IMG/VR virus record: IMGVR_UViG_3300037470_000577
Span: 15,291 to 79,290 of that record
Reading direction: 5' to 3' (one strand)
Length of the DNA stretch: 64,000 bases
Origin: a virus
Taxonomy: Duplodnaviria > Caudoviricetes
Within the stretch, counting starts at the first letter, position 1, and every line of letters starts with the position of its first letter. Below are positions 28,073 to 39,300 of the stretch, one piece after another. Under the pieces are notes generated by a model. That model saw nothing but the letters and a program-made list of their open reading frames with translations, searched no databases and had not been told where the DNA came from. The position numbers and the translations under genes are program-made.

Positions 28073-31000
28073 GGTTCAATATCTGCTCCGTTGCAATCTG
28101 TTGAATCATTGCTATTTGTATCTGAGAGAAGGTTGATGGGTCGCTCAACATAAGATTGATATTATTGGTCTTGCTGCTTCCAGCGCCCGTGCCGACCAGA
28201 TTAGGAGATGGCACATTCGTTACCGGATTGCCCTGAGCCGGGCCGACAGGGGTGGGCGATACCGGATTACCGGCAGTGGGGAAATTATTTATCTGTTCCT
28301 GCAATTGGGCGATGAGCGTTCTAAGCTGGGGCGCGGTCATGGTGTTGATGGAGGGGATGAGATAGTATTTACCCAACTGCCTGGCTAACTCAATTGCCAG
28401 ATTACGCAGGGCGTCAATGTCTCCTGCCCCGCCAGCCGCGCCACCGGCCGCACCGCCCGCGCCGTTTCCCGTTCCACCGCCCGATGGGTCTGCTCCTGGC
28501 CCAGCGCCAGCCGAACGACCGCCCCCGTCCAATTCCGCAGTTCTTTGGGCATAGCTTTGGCGAAGTTCATATTTGAGTTGCTCATAGCGTTGGATGATAG
28601 CCAACTCCTCGGCATATTTCATTTGCAGGGCAGATAACTTTCTGCTCCACCATAGCAGCAAATCCTGGTACTCTCGCTCGCGCCACAGTTTCAGAGCCTC
28701 AATGCGCTGCCGCTCCTTGATTTCCTGGTCGCGCAATTCCTGGTCGTACTGTTTGAGCAAGGCTTCATTACGGCGTTTGAAGGCCAGTTCCAAATCTTCT
28801 TGCTTACGTTCGTCCGAAAGGCGGGCGTCCTCTTCTTCACGACGAAGCCACTTATCCAAATCTTCACGCCGCTCTTTGGCCTTGTCCTCAGCGTCTCGCA
28901 CATCCTTGTCACGATTGCGGCGAGCCTCATCCAGTTCAAACTGCATCCGGCGTCGGATTCTACGCAGGGCAACGGCGTCGTTGTTGCGGACAGCTTCGGA
29001 GGCATCGAAATCAAAGCGGCGGCGAATGTCCTCTAACTTGTCCTGGAAATCACGCTCGATGTCCAGCCGCTCTCTGGCCCGGTCGATGTCCTGGTCGGCT
29101 ACCTTGCGGCTGTACTCGATGCCAATATCTTCCAGCTTGCGGCCCAGAGCAATCTCCCTGTCCTCAATATCCTGGATAAATTTGTCATAGCTCTTCACCA
29201 GGTCATCAACCAAATCCTGCCATATCTTGCGGCGCTCTTCGGCTGACTGGATTGCCAGGTCAATCTCTTTACGGGCCAATTCAATATTGGCGTCCTCAAC
29301 CCGTTCGGCCGCTTCCTGATTGGCCTCATCGTAGGCATCGGTTAAGGTTTTGCGAGCCTCGGCGGCGGCGGTGAGAGCCTCGCTTAACTCGTTGGCCGAT
29401 GCCCTTTCCTGCAACATAGCATCGGCTACTTCTAGCGACGATGCAGCCTGTTCGTCCGCCGCCGCTGCATCATCCCTACGCTTTTGCTGTAGTTCCTCCA
29501 GAGCGCGAATATCTTCTTCTATGGCAGAAAAGTCAGCGCCCAATCCCTCTAAGAAGTCTCTCAGAGATTCTCCGCTCTCATCTCTCCCATAGTCAAAGTC
29601 ATTTTTCCCGCCCGGTCGCGGAACGCCAAACCCGGCGTCGATGTCATTCAGTGTGTATTGAAACTCCCTTATAGACTTCGTTGCATCTTCGATATGGTTG
29701 ATAACCGCCTCGGCAACAGCGAGCCATATCCTCATAATAATGACGGTTTTCTCAGCAAATTCAAGCGCCGACAGAAAGGCTTCTGGTATAGAATTTATGT
29801 CATCTGGAACAAGATCGTCCGTCAGCCCAACTAAATGAATAGCCACCCCCTCGGCTCTTTCAAGAACCTCAAGTATCTGGTCGAAATCCAAATCATCAAG
29901 AGAGAGTTCGCTACCAATTTCCCCTACTCGGTTAATAACATTAGCAACCATATCTCCGACAGCAACGGCGGTGGCCTCTATCTCTTTCCGATTGTCCTGA
30001 ATGAAGTCGATAATTTTCTGTAGTTGGGCGGCCAGTTCCGTTTTTACCGGCTCGCCTAACACCTTCTCCATGATGTCGCGCAACACCCGGAGCGACCCTT
30101 CGACCCGATCCAACGTTCCTTCAAAGGCGTCCCAGCCCCGACCAGTCCGTTCAAAGAACACTTCCATACCGTGCAAGAGGCCGGTGAACGCGCCTTCGGT
30201 TTCCTGAAAGCCCTTGATAACGTCAATGTCAGTGCCAAGCAGACCGAACTGCTCCTGGAGAGAGCGGAATAACCCGGCCTGCCCCTGCTTGACAGCGCGG
30301 GTAATCTCTTCATCCGTTGCGCCAAAAGAAAATTTCAGGGTCGAGGCAACCTTTAGCGCCCGATCTAATTCCTCGATGCTTTTCACTTCGGCCGAGAATA
30401 TCTTGCCGATTGTACCGGTGAAGTCAACGCCAAATTCAACCGACCGTTCCAGCAGGTGGTCGAAGAAAGCGTCGGCCGCTGCGGTGTTACCCTCAAAAAT
30501 ATTACCAATCTGCCGCTCCAGAATTTCAAACTTGCGGGCGGCGTCCAGCGAATCCTTCACGATGTTGATGAATAAATCTTTGGCCTTGCCCGCTATCTGA
30601 ACGACAACCTGGCCCACCTTTTGCAAGGACACAACAAAAGCCGCCACGCCCACTGCCGCCACAACCAGGGCCGGATTGATTCCTCGTAGGGCGTCAACAA
30701 TGCGGAAGGCGCTACCCGCTCCCTGAACGCCCAACCTATCCAGGGTATTGCCTAATTTGTAGGCGGACACCTGGGAACGATTAACGCCTGCCGGAACCTC
30801 ATCCTGGAAATTCTTCGCCATGCGATTAGCCTGGGTGTTAAGGGTGGCAAGCTCTCTGTTGAACTGCTCGGCAGATGATTTACCGGTGCTAAATAGCTGC
30901 TGTGATTCAGCGGCGGCCGATTGAAGCGTTCTGGCAAACTTGGCGGCTTCGGCATTGCCGGTGTCAAAGAGGGAGTTGATAGTTCCTTTCAGCTGGCCCA

Positions 31001-31361
31001 GCCGTTGGTTGGCCTCTTGAACGTTTAAGGCTTCTTTTAAGGCATTGCTCTTGGCCGTGTCTGACAGACCCTTAGATAGCTCCCCAACCGAACTTCTTAA
31101 CTTGCGGACTTCTTTCTCAAACTCCCGAATCGTTTTGGGCTGGTCGCCAAAGGCGGTATGAAACACTTCGCCCGTTTCCTGTCCTGCTCCAAGAGCGGAG
31201 CGAAGTTCTTTGGTTAGCCCGCCAATTTCTTTGCCCATTGATTTGAAGTGGGCGTTGGAGGATGCGGCCATCTTCCCGGCAAAGGCGTCTATTTCATCCA
31301 GCGCCTTAAGGGCCAGGGCATTGTCTATGTCAGCGGTTAACTGATAATCAGCGTCGGGCAT
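28062..31361 (-). CDS. tail tape measure protein
   Basis: 1099 aa, long coiled coils, hydrophobic patch, Gly/Pro-rich C-terminus, tail-operon position. Confidence 0.88.
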   Translation of the reverse strand: MPDADYQLTADIDNALALKALDEIDAFAGKMAASSNAHFKSMGKEIGGLTKELRSALGAGQETGEVFHTAFGDQPKTIREFEKEVRKLRSSVGELSKGLSDTAKSNALKEALNVQEANQRLGQLKGTINSLFDTGNAEAAKFARTLQSAAAESQQLFSTGKSSAEQFNRELATLNTQANRMAKNFQDEVPAGVNRSQVSAYKLGNTLDRLGVQGAGSAFRIVDALRGINPALVVAAVGVAAFVVSLQKVGQVVVQIAGKAKDLFINIVKDSLDAARKFEILERQIGNIFEGNTAAADAFFDHLLERSVEFGVDFTGTIGKIFSAEVKSIEELDRALKVASTLKFSFGATDEEITRAVKQGQAGLFRSLQEQFGLLGTDIDVIKGFQETEGAFTGLLHGMEVFFERTGRGWDAFEGTLDRVEGSLRVLRDIMEKVLGEPVKTELAAQLQKIIDFIQDNRKEIEATAVAVGDMVANVINRVGEIGSELSLDDLDFDQILEVLERAEGVAIHLVGLTDDLVPDDINSIPEAFLSALEFAEKTVIIMRIWLAVAEAVINHIEDATKSIREFQYTLNDIDAGFGVPRPGGKNDFDYGRDESGESLRDFLEGLGADFSAIEEDIRALEELQQKRRDDAAAADEQAASSLEVADAMLQERASANELSEALTAAAEARKTLTDAYDEANQEAAERVEDANIELARKEIDLAIQSAEERRKIWQDLVDDLVKSYDKFIQDIEDREIALGRKLEDIGIEYSRKVADQDIDRARERLDIERDFQDKLEDIRRRFDFDASEAVRNNDAVALRRIRRRMQFELDEARRNRDKDVRDAEDKAKERREDLDKWLRREEEDARLSDERKQEDLELAFKRRNEALLKQYDQELRDQEIKERQRIEALKLWREREYQDLLLWWSRKLSALQMKYAEELAIIQRYEQLKYELRQSYAQRTAELDGGGRSAGAGPGADPSGGGTGNGAGGAAGGAAGGAGDIDALRNLAIELARQLGKYYLIPSINTMTAPQLRTLIAQLQEQINNFPTAGNPVSPTPVGPAQGNPVTNVPSPNLVGTGAGSSKTNNINLMLSDPSTFSQIQIAMIQQIATEQILNHVI

Positions 31362-31704
31362 TATCCAACCTTGCGAGCAGTGTATCGGCCGCCGCCATTT
31401 CCCGCTGCAATTCCTGAGCGTAGGCCAGGAACTCCTGAGGGGCAGGGGAGGCTTTGGCCTCTTTCACTATCTCGATTATTTCTTTACGGTTCTCTTCAAC
31501 CACATACAGCAGGTCAGGCGCAAGGCGGGTCGCTTCTATTCCCTGCCACCACATCAGATTTGCTAACTCGTACTCGGCAGAGAAGGGGGGTAAGGCTTCA
31601 AACAGGCCATGTCCCGCCGCTCGCCGCTCGTAAGCCAATCGCCAGGAGATGAAACTAGATAGATCGACCAGTGACTTTTCGGAAAGCTCTTCTATAGGCT
31701 GCAC
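31348..31704 (-). CDS. hypothetical tail-operon protein
   Basis: overlaps both neighbours. Confidence 0.5.
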   Translation of the reverse strand: MQPIEELSEKSLVDLSSFISWRLAYERRAAGHGLFEALPPFSAEYELANLMWWQGIEATRLAPDLLYVVEENRKEIIEIVKEAKASPAPQEFLAYAQELQREMAAADTLLARLDNARR

Positions 31705-32203
31705 GAATCCTCCTGTCTAATGCGGGTTCAATCAACTCGTTCTTGGCCCTCTCGGTATAGCCACCCGGCTCTACTGCGCCTTGTGTAACGCTGCGTGCCG
31801 AAACCCAATCGCCGTAACGGGAACCAGGTGCGCCACCCGAACTGGCAACGGCCAACCCTGTTTTCTTAACGTAGTTTGAAAGATAGCGCATGACGTCAGA
31901 TGGATTCTTGGCCGTAATGGTCACGCCGCCATCCCGACCTTCGCTGTCCACCATATTCCATCGTTGCACAGCCAGTTCGTCGCCAACCGCCTTGATGGTC
32001 AAGATTACCCGACTGGCAGTTACCTGAACCGTGACTCGAAAGGAAATGTCTGAGTCCCAAAATCGAACAACCTCGTCAAAGTAAGTGCCAACCACCTCAT
32101 CGCCAATGAGCTTCAACTCGCCGCGTATCTCATCATTCATAATCTTCCCGGCCGCTTGCGATTTAATTGGCCGTCGCTTGATGGTAAGTCCGGTCGGCAT
32201 CAT
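31655..32203 (-). CDS. HK97-gp10-like neck/tail-completion protein
   Basis: C-terminal WVSARSVTQGAVEPGGY recalls the gp10-type V.xPG motif; inference. Confidence 0.45.
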   Translation of the reverse strand: MMPTGLTIKRRPIKSQAAGKIMNDEIRGELKLIGDEVVGTYFDEVVRFWDSDISFRVTVQVTASRVILTIKAVGDELAVQRWNMVDSEGRDGGVTITAKNPSDVMRYLSNYVKKTGLAVASSGGAPGSRYGDWVSARSVTQGAVEPGGYTERAKNELIEPALDRRIRAAYRRAFRKVTGRSI

Positions 32204-32907
32204 TTCTTCTCCAATTTCTCAGCCAGCGCCAGCGCCTCGGTTATCTTGGGCAGGTTATTCGCGGCCACCCGCTGCACCCGTTCGGGCCAGGGCAGGTCAA
32301 GCCACTGGTCGAAGGTCATGCCGGTCTGGTTTATCACCGCAATCTCCCAGGTCATAATGACATCGTAGGCAGTCTTGTTTTCTTCATCGGCGATTCTATC
32401 CAGCGCCTCAAATACCTGTCGCCCGTTATAGGTCGCCTTCATGTCCTCGGCAAAGCATTTTGCCAGCGCTTCCTGAGTGACACGCGGAATAAGAACTGCA
32501 TCCATGACCGCCACCCAATCGTCCTGGGTCGTTATACGCTGCCGGTCAACCTCCTGAACGCAGTTGTCCAGAATGTAGTGTAGAAACCAGCGCACAAAAT
32601 CTTCAACCGATTTCAACCGTTCCAGTTCGTGGGCAACGGCGCTCTTGAACCGCTGCCAGTCCATAAACTGCCACCAGCGGTTGGTGTGCGGCAGAAGCTC
32701 TTCATCGTCGGCCAGCACCGGCCGTTCCGGGGGCCGCTTAACAGCCGATAGATCATACGTTTCCTTGAATACGGCCTTGTCAATGGTGACGATTTCGTAC
32801 TGGTAGGGGCCAAGAAGGGCGGGCTGTTTACCGTCCGTTTCAAAAAGAGCCAATCGCCTCAAGACGATTGGCTCTTGGTCAGAGGGCAGAATAATTTCTA
32901 GTTGCAT
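32200..32907 (-). CDS. tail assembly chaperone (G-T-like, single ORF)
   Basis: follows tail tube; C-terminal GMTFDQWLDLPW..R pattern; start re-assigned to ATG 32907. Confidence 0.55.
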   Translation of the reverse strand: MQLEIILPSDQEPIVLRRLALFETDGKQPALLGPYQYEIVTIDKAVFKETYDLSAVKRPPERPVLADDEELLPHTNRWWQFMDWQRFKSAVAHELERLKSVEDFVRWFLHYILDNCVQEVDRQRITTQDDWVAVMDAVLIPRVTQEALAKCFAEDMKATYNGRQVFEALDRIADEENKTAYDVIMTWEIAVINQTGMTFDQWLDLPWPERVQRVAANNLPKITEALALAEKLEKK

Positions 32908-34448
32908 CCACCAGATTGGGCCAGCAGCTTGTGAACGACGCCATTTGCGCCATCGTCGTCGCCGCAAATCCAATACTCGTTGGGCGATTCGATAGAGGCC
33001 GCCGCGCCATTGTAGCCGCCGTTGGTTACAACCGATACCAGATTCCAGCTATTACCGGCGTCGTTGCTGTGCCAGAACTCGCCGCTTCCTGGGGTCGTCA
33101 CATCAACAACGCAGTAGATGTTGTACGGATCGCCTTCGGGTAAGAAGATGTTCTTAACCACATGAGCCGCACCAAAGTCCTTGACCTCAGACCAGCCCCC
33201 GGCATTCTCACCCTGATTACGCGAGACGTACAGCGATTGTCCGTTTCCGGCAAAGAGCAAGCCGTCGCTAGATAGGGCTAAGGCAGTGAAAGCGCCGCCG
33301 CCCGATGGCCCGACACGAGCCGATACCGACCCTGACAGATTGCGTTCCACCAGGAGCGTGTTAGTATCGCCTCCAAACCAGACATCTTCACACTCGCCGT
33401 AACCGCGAATGGCAACATTGATCTGAGCCAGGCCCGACGCAATTTCAGAATTGCTTTCGTGCTGGTCGGTTGAAACGTGGAGAGTTCCATTGTCGGTTCC
33501 ATAGTAGGCTCGGAGCGGGAATAGTTGGGCCATCATGGTGATAATGTCGCCAGTATTAGCACCAACATTGACGTTGGTAAAGGTAATCGTTCCCTCAGCG
33601 CCGAAGGTGATGTCGCCGTAGGCTATCTCGGCTGGGTTGCCCACATCGGTAAGGGAGCGGGAAACGGCAATCCTCATCCGGTTGCCGGTTGTGATTCCGC
33701 CCACGATATGGCCGATATGTTCGTCATTTCCAAAGGGGTTGGAACTCATAGCTGCCCAGGAGCCGCCGCCGTTAACCGAGTAGAAAACCTCAGCCGGTAC
33801 GCCGGTGTCAGCCTGCTGGGAAACCATGATGTGTTTGCCAGGTCCACGATAAGCGGTAATACAGCCGCCAGGAACCGGATCGTTAATAACCAGAATACCG
33901 GTTAAGTCGGTGACGTTTAGGGCGTCGGTAAAGGTTAGGTTGGAGATGGTCATCGGCAAGAGCTTAAGATAGACCTTGCTGGCAACCGGCACTGTCTCGG
34001 TGACAATGGGGTCGCTGCCGTCCACGACCGGGCCATCCGTTTCCGTCCCGCCAGACGTTACCCGATTGCTGCCGAAATATTCCAACTGTCCACCGTTCAA
34101 CCAGCCCTGGGGATTGTCGCGGGTAACACAGGGCGAGAAGGCCCGCCAGATAGGAAATTCATCCTGGGCCTTACCCCGCTTATCGAGATAGCTTTCCTCA
34201 ACCGCCTTGCGAACGGTTAAGTTAAAGGTGTCAAGTCCGCTGGGTGGGGTCTTGAACGTTCGGGAAACAACAATCTGACCAAAGCGATTGTTGCTGTACT
34301 CCTGGTCAACGGTCGGGACATTGTTTTTTGTTCGGCCTGTCAGCCCGTACCGGGACAGGGATAGGGGAACCAGGTTCGTTCCAATGCCGCCAACGCGGCC
34401 ATTGGGCATGGCAAATAAGGTCATTTTGCCAGCTGATAAATCTGTCAT
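32898..34448 (-). CDS. major tail tube protein with C-terminal Asp-box beta-propeller extension
   Basis: position between connector and chaperone; SVNGGGSW and SNDAGNSW Asp-boxes. Confidence 0.6.
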   Translation of the reverse strand: MTDLSAGKMTLFAMPNGRVGGIGTNLVPLSLSRYGLTGRTKNNVPTVDQEYSNNRFGQIVVSRTFKTPPSGLDTFNLTVRKAVEESYLDKRGKAQDEFPIWRAFSPCVTRDNPQGWLNGGQLEYFGSNRVTSGGTETDGPVVDGSDPIVTETVPVASKVYLKLLPMTISNLTFTDALNVTDLTGILVINDPVPGGCITAYRGPGKHIMVSQQADTGVPAEVFYSVNGGGSWAAMSSNPFGNDEHIGHIVGGITTGNRMRIAVSRSLTDVGNPAEIAYGDITFGAEGTITFTNVNVGANTGDIITMMAQLFPLRAYYGTDNGTLHVSTDQHESNSEIASGLAQINVAIRGYGECEDVWFGGDTNTLLVERNLSGSVSARVGPSGGGAFTALALSSDGLLFAGNGQSLYVSRNQGENAGGWSEVKDFGAAHVVKNIFLPEGDPYNIYCVVDVTTPGSGEFWHSNDAGNSWNLVSVVTNGGYNGAAASIESPNEYWICGDDDGANGVVHKLLAQSGGCN

Positions 34449-34687
34449 TATTCTTCCTCCTCATGGGTTAATTGGGATAACAAATAAGCCTCCCTTACCT
34501 GATAGACAAGCAAGTAGGTACTATAGCCAACAATGTGCGTACCGTGCTGGGGTAGGTTGTCCAGCTTTTCCAGGCTGTCAATACCCAATCCCTCTAAGGC
34601 GGCAATAACGAGCTTCGCTTTCTTGGCCGGTTTAACGATTTTGCGAATGTATTTATTGAACATAAAGCGTTCCTTACAGCAGAGCAA
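34448..34687 (-). CDS. small hypothetical protein
   Basis: coupled. Confidence 0.5.
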   Translation of the reverse strand: MLCCKERFMFNKYIRKIVKPAKKAKLVIAALEGLGIDSLEKLDNLPQHGTHIVGYSTYLLVYQVREAYLLSQLTHEEEE

Positions 34688-35915
34688 AGGTATATTGGGC
34701 GTCGCTCTGCTTTAGCTGCATCAAGATACGATAGGCTTCCACTTCACCCATCTTGGTTCCAAAAGGACAATTCAAGATGTCGCGCCGGATGAACTTAACC
34801 TCTTCCCCTTCCTTTCGTCTGGTCTGGGCGATGATGAGGTCTTGCTTGTATTCATTCTCTTTGGCCCGAACGTTCTCGCAGGTGGAGCAGATGGGCTTCT
34901 CCAGTCTGGCCGTTGTCATGTAGACAATGGCCTGGGCCAGCGCCTCCGGGATAACGTACTGGCCGTTCTCGACCTCCGCCAGACCAGACAGGTAGCTGCT
35001 GACAACTCTATCAGGCTCGAAGCCGTTGATAAAGGCGGTGTCGGTAAAGGTGTCGCCCTCGTAAATGGTGGGAACGGGCGATACCAGACCAACTTCCGGA
35101 CTGCGTGGTAGAAGCTGGGCGGTCTGCACCTCGGCGATGTTGATGTGTCTGCCGCTCCAGTAAAGCGTACACTGCTCGGCCGGATCGGTGTAGACCCGAT
35201 ATACGTCAACAGCGGCAACAAAGCTGGCCGGAACATCTATGGGAATGCCGGAGCCGTAGGCTGAACCGGGCCACGCCTCCTGAACGGCTGGCGACAGCAG
35301 CATCTCGCTCGCTACCGTTGCGGTGAAGGTCGTGCCGTCGGCGCTCTTGGTCAGAAGCGGCCGAATCTCCCACTGTTTGGCTGCGCCCGTTCCGACAAAG
35401 AAGAGCCTTAATTCGGTTAGCTCAGTTAAATCGGTCAGCGCCGAAATGGTTGCCAACTCATCCCAACCATCGCCGTCCGGGTCGCTGTAGGTGACGGTCG
35501 CACCCGCTTCGATGAGGGTAGCGGCCCGCTTGCCGCCAGTGATGAACCGCTCTCGTTTCAGGGCAACGGACTTAAACGAGCCGTTGACACTTCGACCGGT
35601 CGTGCCGACAAAATCAGGGCGAAAGAAGGATGGGTACTGGCCGTTCTCGTTCTCGATATAGTGCGGGGCAGGCCAGTATCGTAGTTCGGAAGCAATGGCG
35701 TTTTCTGTTCGGGCCATCTCGCGGGCCAACTCTTCCCGGCTGACGCGCGTTCGATGCTGCCACTCATGCTGATACCAGATGTCACGGCAGCCCTCGTTTT
35801 GGGGGATTAAGGGAACGCTTGAATCATCACCACCATTAAAATGGACAGGATTGATACCCATAATACGGGCATAGGTGTCCAGGGGGGTGATGGTGTAGAT
35901 ACTAGCTCTTGCCAT
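34674..35915 (-). CDS. head-tail connector/adaptor-like protein with large insertion
   Basis: C-terminal YLSG...IPEALAQAIVYMTTARL resembles gp6/gp15 adaptors. Confidence 0.55.
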   Translation of the reverse strand: MARASIYTITPLDTYARIMGINPVHFNGGDDSSVPLIPQNEGCRDIWYQHEWQHRTRVSREELAREMARTENAIASELRYWPAPHYIENENGQYPSFFRPDFVGTTGRSVNGSFKSVALKRERFITGGKRAATLIEAGATVTYSDPDGDGWDELATISALTDLTELTELRLFFVGTGAAKQWEIRPLLTKSADGTTFTATVASEMLLSPAVQEAWPGSAYGSGIPIDVPASFVAAVDVYRVYTDPAEQCTLYWSGRHINIAEVQTAQLLPRSPEVGLVSPVPTIYEGDTFTDTAFINGFEPDRVVSSYLSGLAEVENGQYVIPEALAQAIVYMTTARLEKPICSTCENVRAKENEYKQDLIIAQTRRKEGEEVKFIRRDILNCPFGTKMGEVEAYRILMQLKQSDAQYTFALL

Positions 35916-36186
35916 AATGTTTATCTACTAGCAGCGCCGCCGCCGACAAGGCGAAAGGCATGGCCGCTTTAACAGGTACAAAGACAAGCGCCAGTCCAAC
36001 CCAAACCGACAGGCAGTATTTGCAGGTGAGTGCTTCTGATAGTTCGTTCGTACCATAGGAGATAGCGCCTTCATACCGAACGCCCGCCTGGTGGCGAAAC
36101 CAGCGCAGACAGTCATAGGGGCCATCCTCTTCCATCAAGAGTTTGACCAGTCGCCACGTTGCCAGTGCCTTAATCAAATAGTCCAT
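35902..36186 (-). CDS. DUF1360-family membrane protein
   Basis: LATWRLVKLLMEEDGP...FR...LTCKYCLSVWVG. Confidence 0.8.
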   Translation of the reverse strand: MDYLIKALATWRLVKLLMEEDGPYDCLRWFRHQAGVRYEGAISYGTNELSEALTCKYCLSVWVGLALVFVPVKAAMPFALSAAALLVDKHYGKS

Positions 36187-36193
36187 AACCAAT

Positions 36194-36239
36194 AAAAAAA
36201 GGGCCGGTCAGCACAGGGAGGATACCCGCTGACCGGCCC
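36194..36239 (-). terminator. intrinsic terminator-like hairpin (12-bp stem + T7) 7 nt before the DUF1360 ATG
   Basis: gggccggtcagc/gctgaccggccc, with A7 at 36194-36200 on +. Confidence 0.75.
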
Positions 36240-36319
36240 AAGTGGGAGCCGTACAGTGAAATAGTACAGGAAATTATGAAAAGTTACAAGGGACGCCCTT
36301 TCATGCTACGTGCGAAACC

Positions 36320-36352
36320 TTCACTACTTGTGAAGCCTTCACGCCGCGTGAA
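36320..36352 (+). repeat. dispersed motif copy 5, tandem doublet (TTCACTACTTGTGAA-GCC-TTCACGCCGCGTGAA)
   Basis: exact 17-mer at 36336-36352; supplies the stop codon of the large glycosyltransferase. Confidence 0.9.
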
Positions 36353-39300
36353 CTTCGGAACCGAATACCAGGTCAACGGTACTTTGTCCCACGCCAGGCA
36401 GCGCCAGCAAGCCGTCTGGCCCCAATGCCTGGGCCTGGGCTAAGGTGGTAATGCCTTTCTCCTCCAATGCCTTAAGCGAACGGAAGTTGATGGGTAGTCT
36501 ACTAAGTGGTTCTTCGACAACGATGGGCTTGGGCGCCTCTCGCTCACGCTGTTTGGCCTGGTACGCTTCTCGTCGCTGCTGGATTAAGTCAACCGGATCG
36601 TAGCCGTTGACAGTCTTTCTTTCGACAGGTTCAGGCTGGGCGACAGGTTCGAGACGGGGGGCAGGAGCGACCTGTTCTGTATGGCGAGGCTGACCGCCAC
36701 AGTCGCACCAGGCTGTCTCACGGTTAAACTGGAGAGGACGGCGGCAGTAGGCGCAGGCAAAAATCTGCACCTGTGCCCGCACATCCTGACTATCCACATT
36801 CTTAACAACATCGCCCTTCGTCACGCGGGTATAACGTTTGCCGGTTTCGGCGCCAACAAGCCACTGCTCGCCGCCAAAACCCTGGTAGATTACATCCATC
36901 GCACTCATCTCCATTGGGGCAGGTGGCCCCGGTTGTTTTTCATCGTTATCACAGTTACACATACGCTCTACCTCATTGAATTTCTGCTGGATATAGGTTA
37001 AGGAACGGGCGTACACATCCGGCTCCTGAATCCGCCGCCTGCCGCTTGCCAGGTCATATATCCACAGCGGCTCGGCAATCTTGGTGAACTGCCGCCCGCT
37101 CCAAGATAGCTGCAAAATCAGCAGGTTATCTTCCCACGTTTCCAGCGTCTCGTCAAAGGGGATCATCCACTCGCGCGGGATCAGGATATTCGTTCCGGCA
37201 GCGGTGTAAGGGATTGGCCCCTGGGGAAAGGCCGTTGCTTTCTCGCAGCGCCATTCAGGAACCTTATCTGGTATGTACGCCTTACCACCCGCAATCTTGG
37301 CCGCTGGTGGGCCGTAGCTGTCGGCGTACTGCTCGTCTACCAAAGCAATAAAATCACTGTACGGTATCTTGCCCGTCTCTTGAAAGCGGCGGTAATGCTT
37401 TGCCAGATATTCCGGTAGGATACGGTCGTCGGCATCGACAAAGGCTAACATCGCCCCCTTCGCCTGCCCTACGCCAGCATTGCGAGCCGCGCCCGCTCCC
37501 ACGCCGTCCGTCTCTAAGTAGGTGACAAAGGGGAAGGCAGTGCGGTAATAGGCTTTAGCCGTCTCGTTCTCAACGCCATCCCATACCACAACTGCCGCCC
37601 ATTCCCGCATAGTCTGCCCTTCGATGCAGTGCAGGCAGTTGACCAATAGCCCTTCGTGACCTGGGCCAACCGGGATAATGATAGAGACCTCCGGCTTCTC
37701 GTAGGAATAAACGGGATGGGCAATGCCGTTCACAGGCTGGGCGATAGAGGCAAACGGATGGACGCCGCCGCTGGTCCAGGGATGTTCGAGCGTCCAGTCC
37801 GGCTCTTCATAGCCCATCTTACCCGACACATGCCCCACACCCGAATAGTGAAGCCATCTGCTGGGCCTGTCGCGGTCAACGACATAGCTTGCGCCCCAAC
37901 CCATTGCCCCCAATCGCAGCCATAACTCAGCATCCTCAGACCCAGCGCCATCCGGGGCGTAGAGCGGCATGTAGCCGCCCGCTCGCTCGAAGGCTTTGCG
38001 GCGAATCATACAGCCTGACGGAACCTGATTTATGTGCGCTAACTGCTTCTGATAATCAAATGGGAAAGGCCAGTTATACTCATAATCTTCAACTCTGCCA
38101 TCGTCGTCCCAACGAATCTTGCCCGTCATACTATCTTTCTGGAAACCACGAACCGTATCTATGCCCAACATGGAAGTGTAAGCCACTCCCAACGTTCCAT
38201 CTCGTTCCAACTCTCGCGCCAGAATCGGCGACCAACCCGGCTCAATATTATCGTCGGCATCTAAGAAAGCTAGATACTTACTCTGCCCCTGTCTGGCCCC
38301 ATAATTACGAGCCAGAGCAACGTTGCCAAATTCGACCCGATGATAGCTGATACGGCTGTCTCCCTGAGCCGCCACAATCTCCTGTATGCCAGGGTCAGAT
38401 GAATCGTCCACGACGATGATGTTCTTGACTGCTGAACTTTGGCCCATTGCGCCCTGTAGCGCCCGTTCTAGGGTATGATGGTAATTGTGGCAGGGAATGA
38501 CTATATCGACTGAGGGCGGCTCGTTTTGAAGGGCTAGACGATAAACGGTGGCGACTTGGGCAACGATGCCAGGCCAGGAATAGCTCTTTGCGATTTCTTT
38601 GGCCCAGGTCGAGTAATCTCTCCTGTTGTAAAGTATATCTTCAAGAAGCATTACGGCGTCATCAAAATCTCTATAAGACCAACCGGCTTTCTTTCCTGGT
38701 CTTAAAAGAAAATTCGGGACCTCCCCAGCGTCAACCGTTAGCACCGGAACGCCACTAGCCATCGCCTCCAGTGGGGCGATACCAAATGTTTCCCGGTCTG
38801 AGGCAATGAACACCAGCGATTGCTGGATAAGGCGCTTCATCTCGCCCGAAGGAACCGCGCCGCCCAACACCTGTAAGTTGGCGGGCTGGTTAGGCCCGGC
38901 CAGGGTCGAAATGAACTTCTGACTTGGAAAGGCTTTTGCCAATCTGTTAATGAACGAAGGGTCGAGGCCGTCCGTTGCCCGGTTCTTAGCCCACAGGATA
39001 TGGGCTGGCGTCTCATTATGCTGCCACTCCTCCCACTCTACGCCATGCGGAATGATGTGGGGTGTGACGCGCATGTCTCGTTGGAAGGGCATGGCAACCC
39101 ATGGCGACGGAACGGTTACCTGACGGGCTAGGCGGTAGGAGCGTACTAGGTCGCGATTAACGACGTGAGCGGCATCACCTAATTGCGGCATCTCTCCCGT
39201 CCAGAGATTTCCGTGTGAATGAACCACCTGCGCTCCAGGATGGGCGGCGGCATGAGCTACCTCCAGGTCGTAGCTGGTCGCCATCGGGTCAACCAACTCA

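Noticed and set aside
28862-28872. Half match CTTCACGCCGC in the TMP gene
   Set aside because: Right arm absent; not counted as a site.
28594-29190. 198-aa Ser/Arg-rich + strand ORF and other long antisense ORFs over TMP and tail genes
   Set aside because: Typical antisense shadows of E/D/R-rich coiled-coil codons; no SD or protein-like composition.
31348-32907. Programmed -1 frameshift in the tail chaperone
   Set aside because: The chaperone already contains a T-like C-terminus in one frame; no convincing slippery site was identified by eye.
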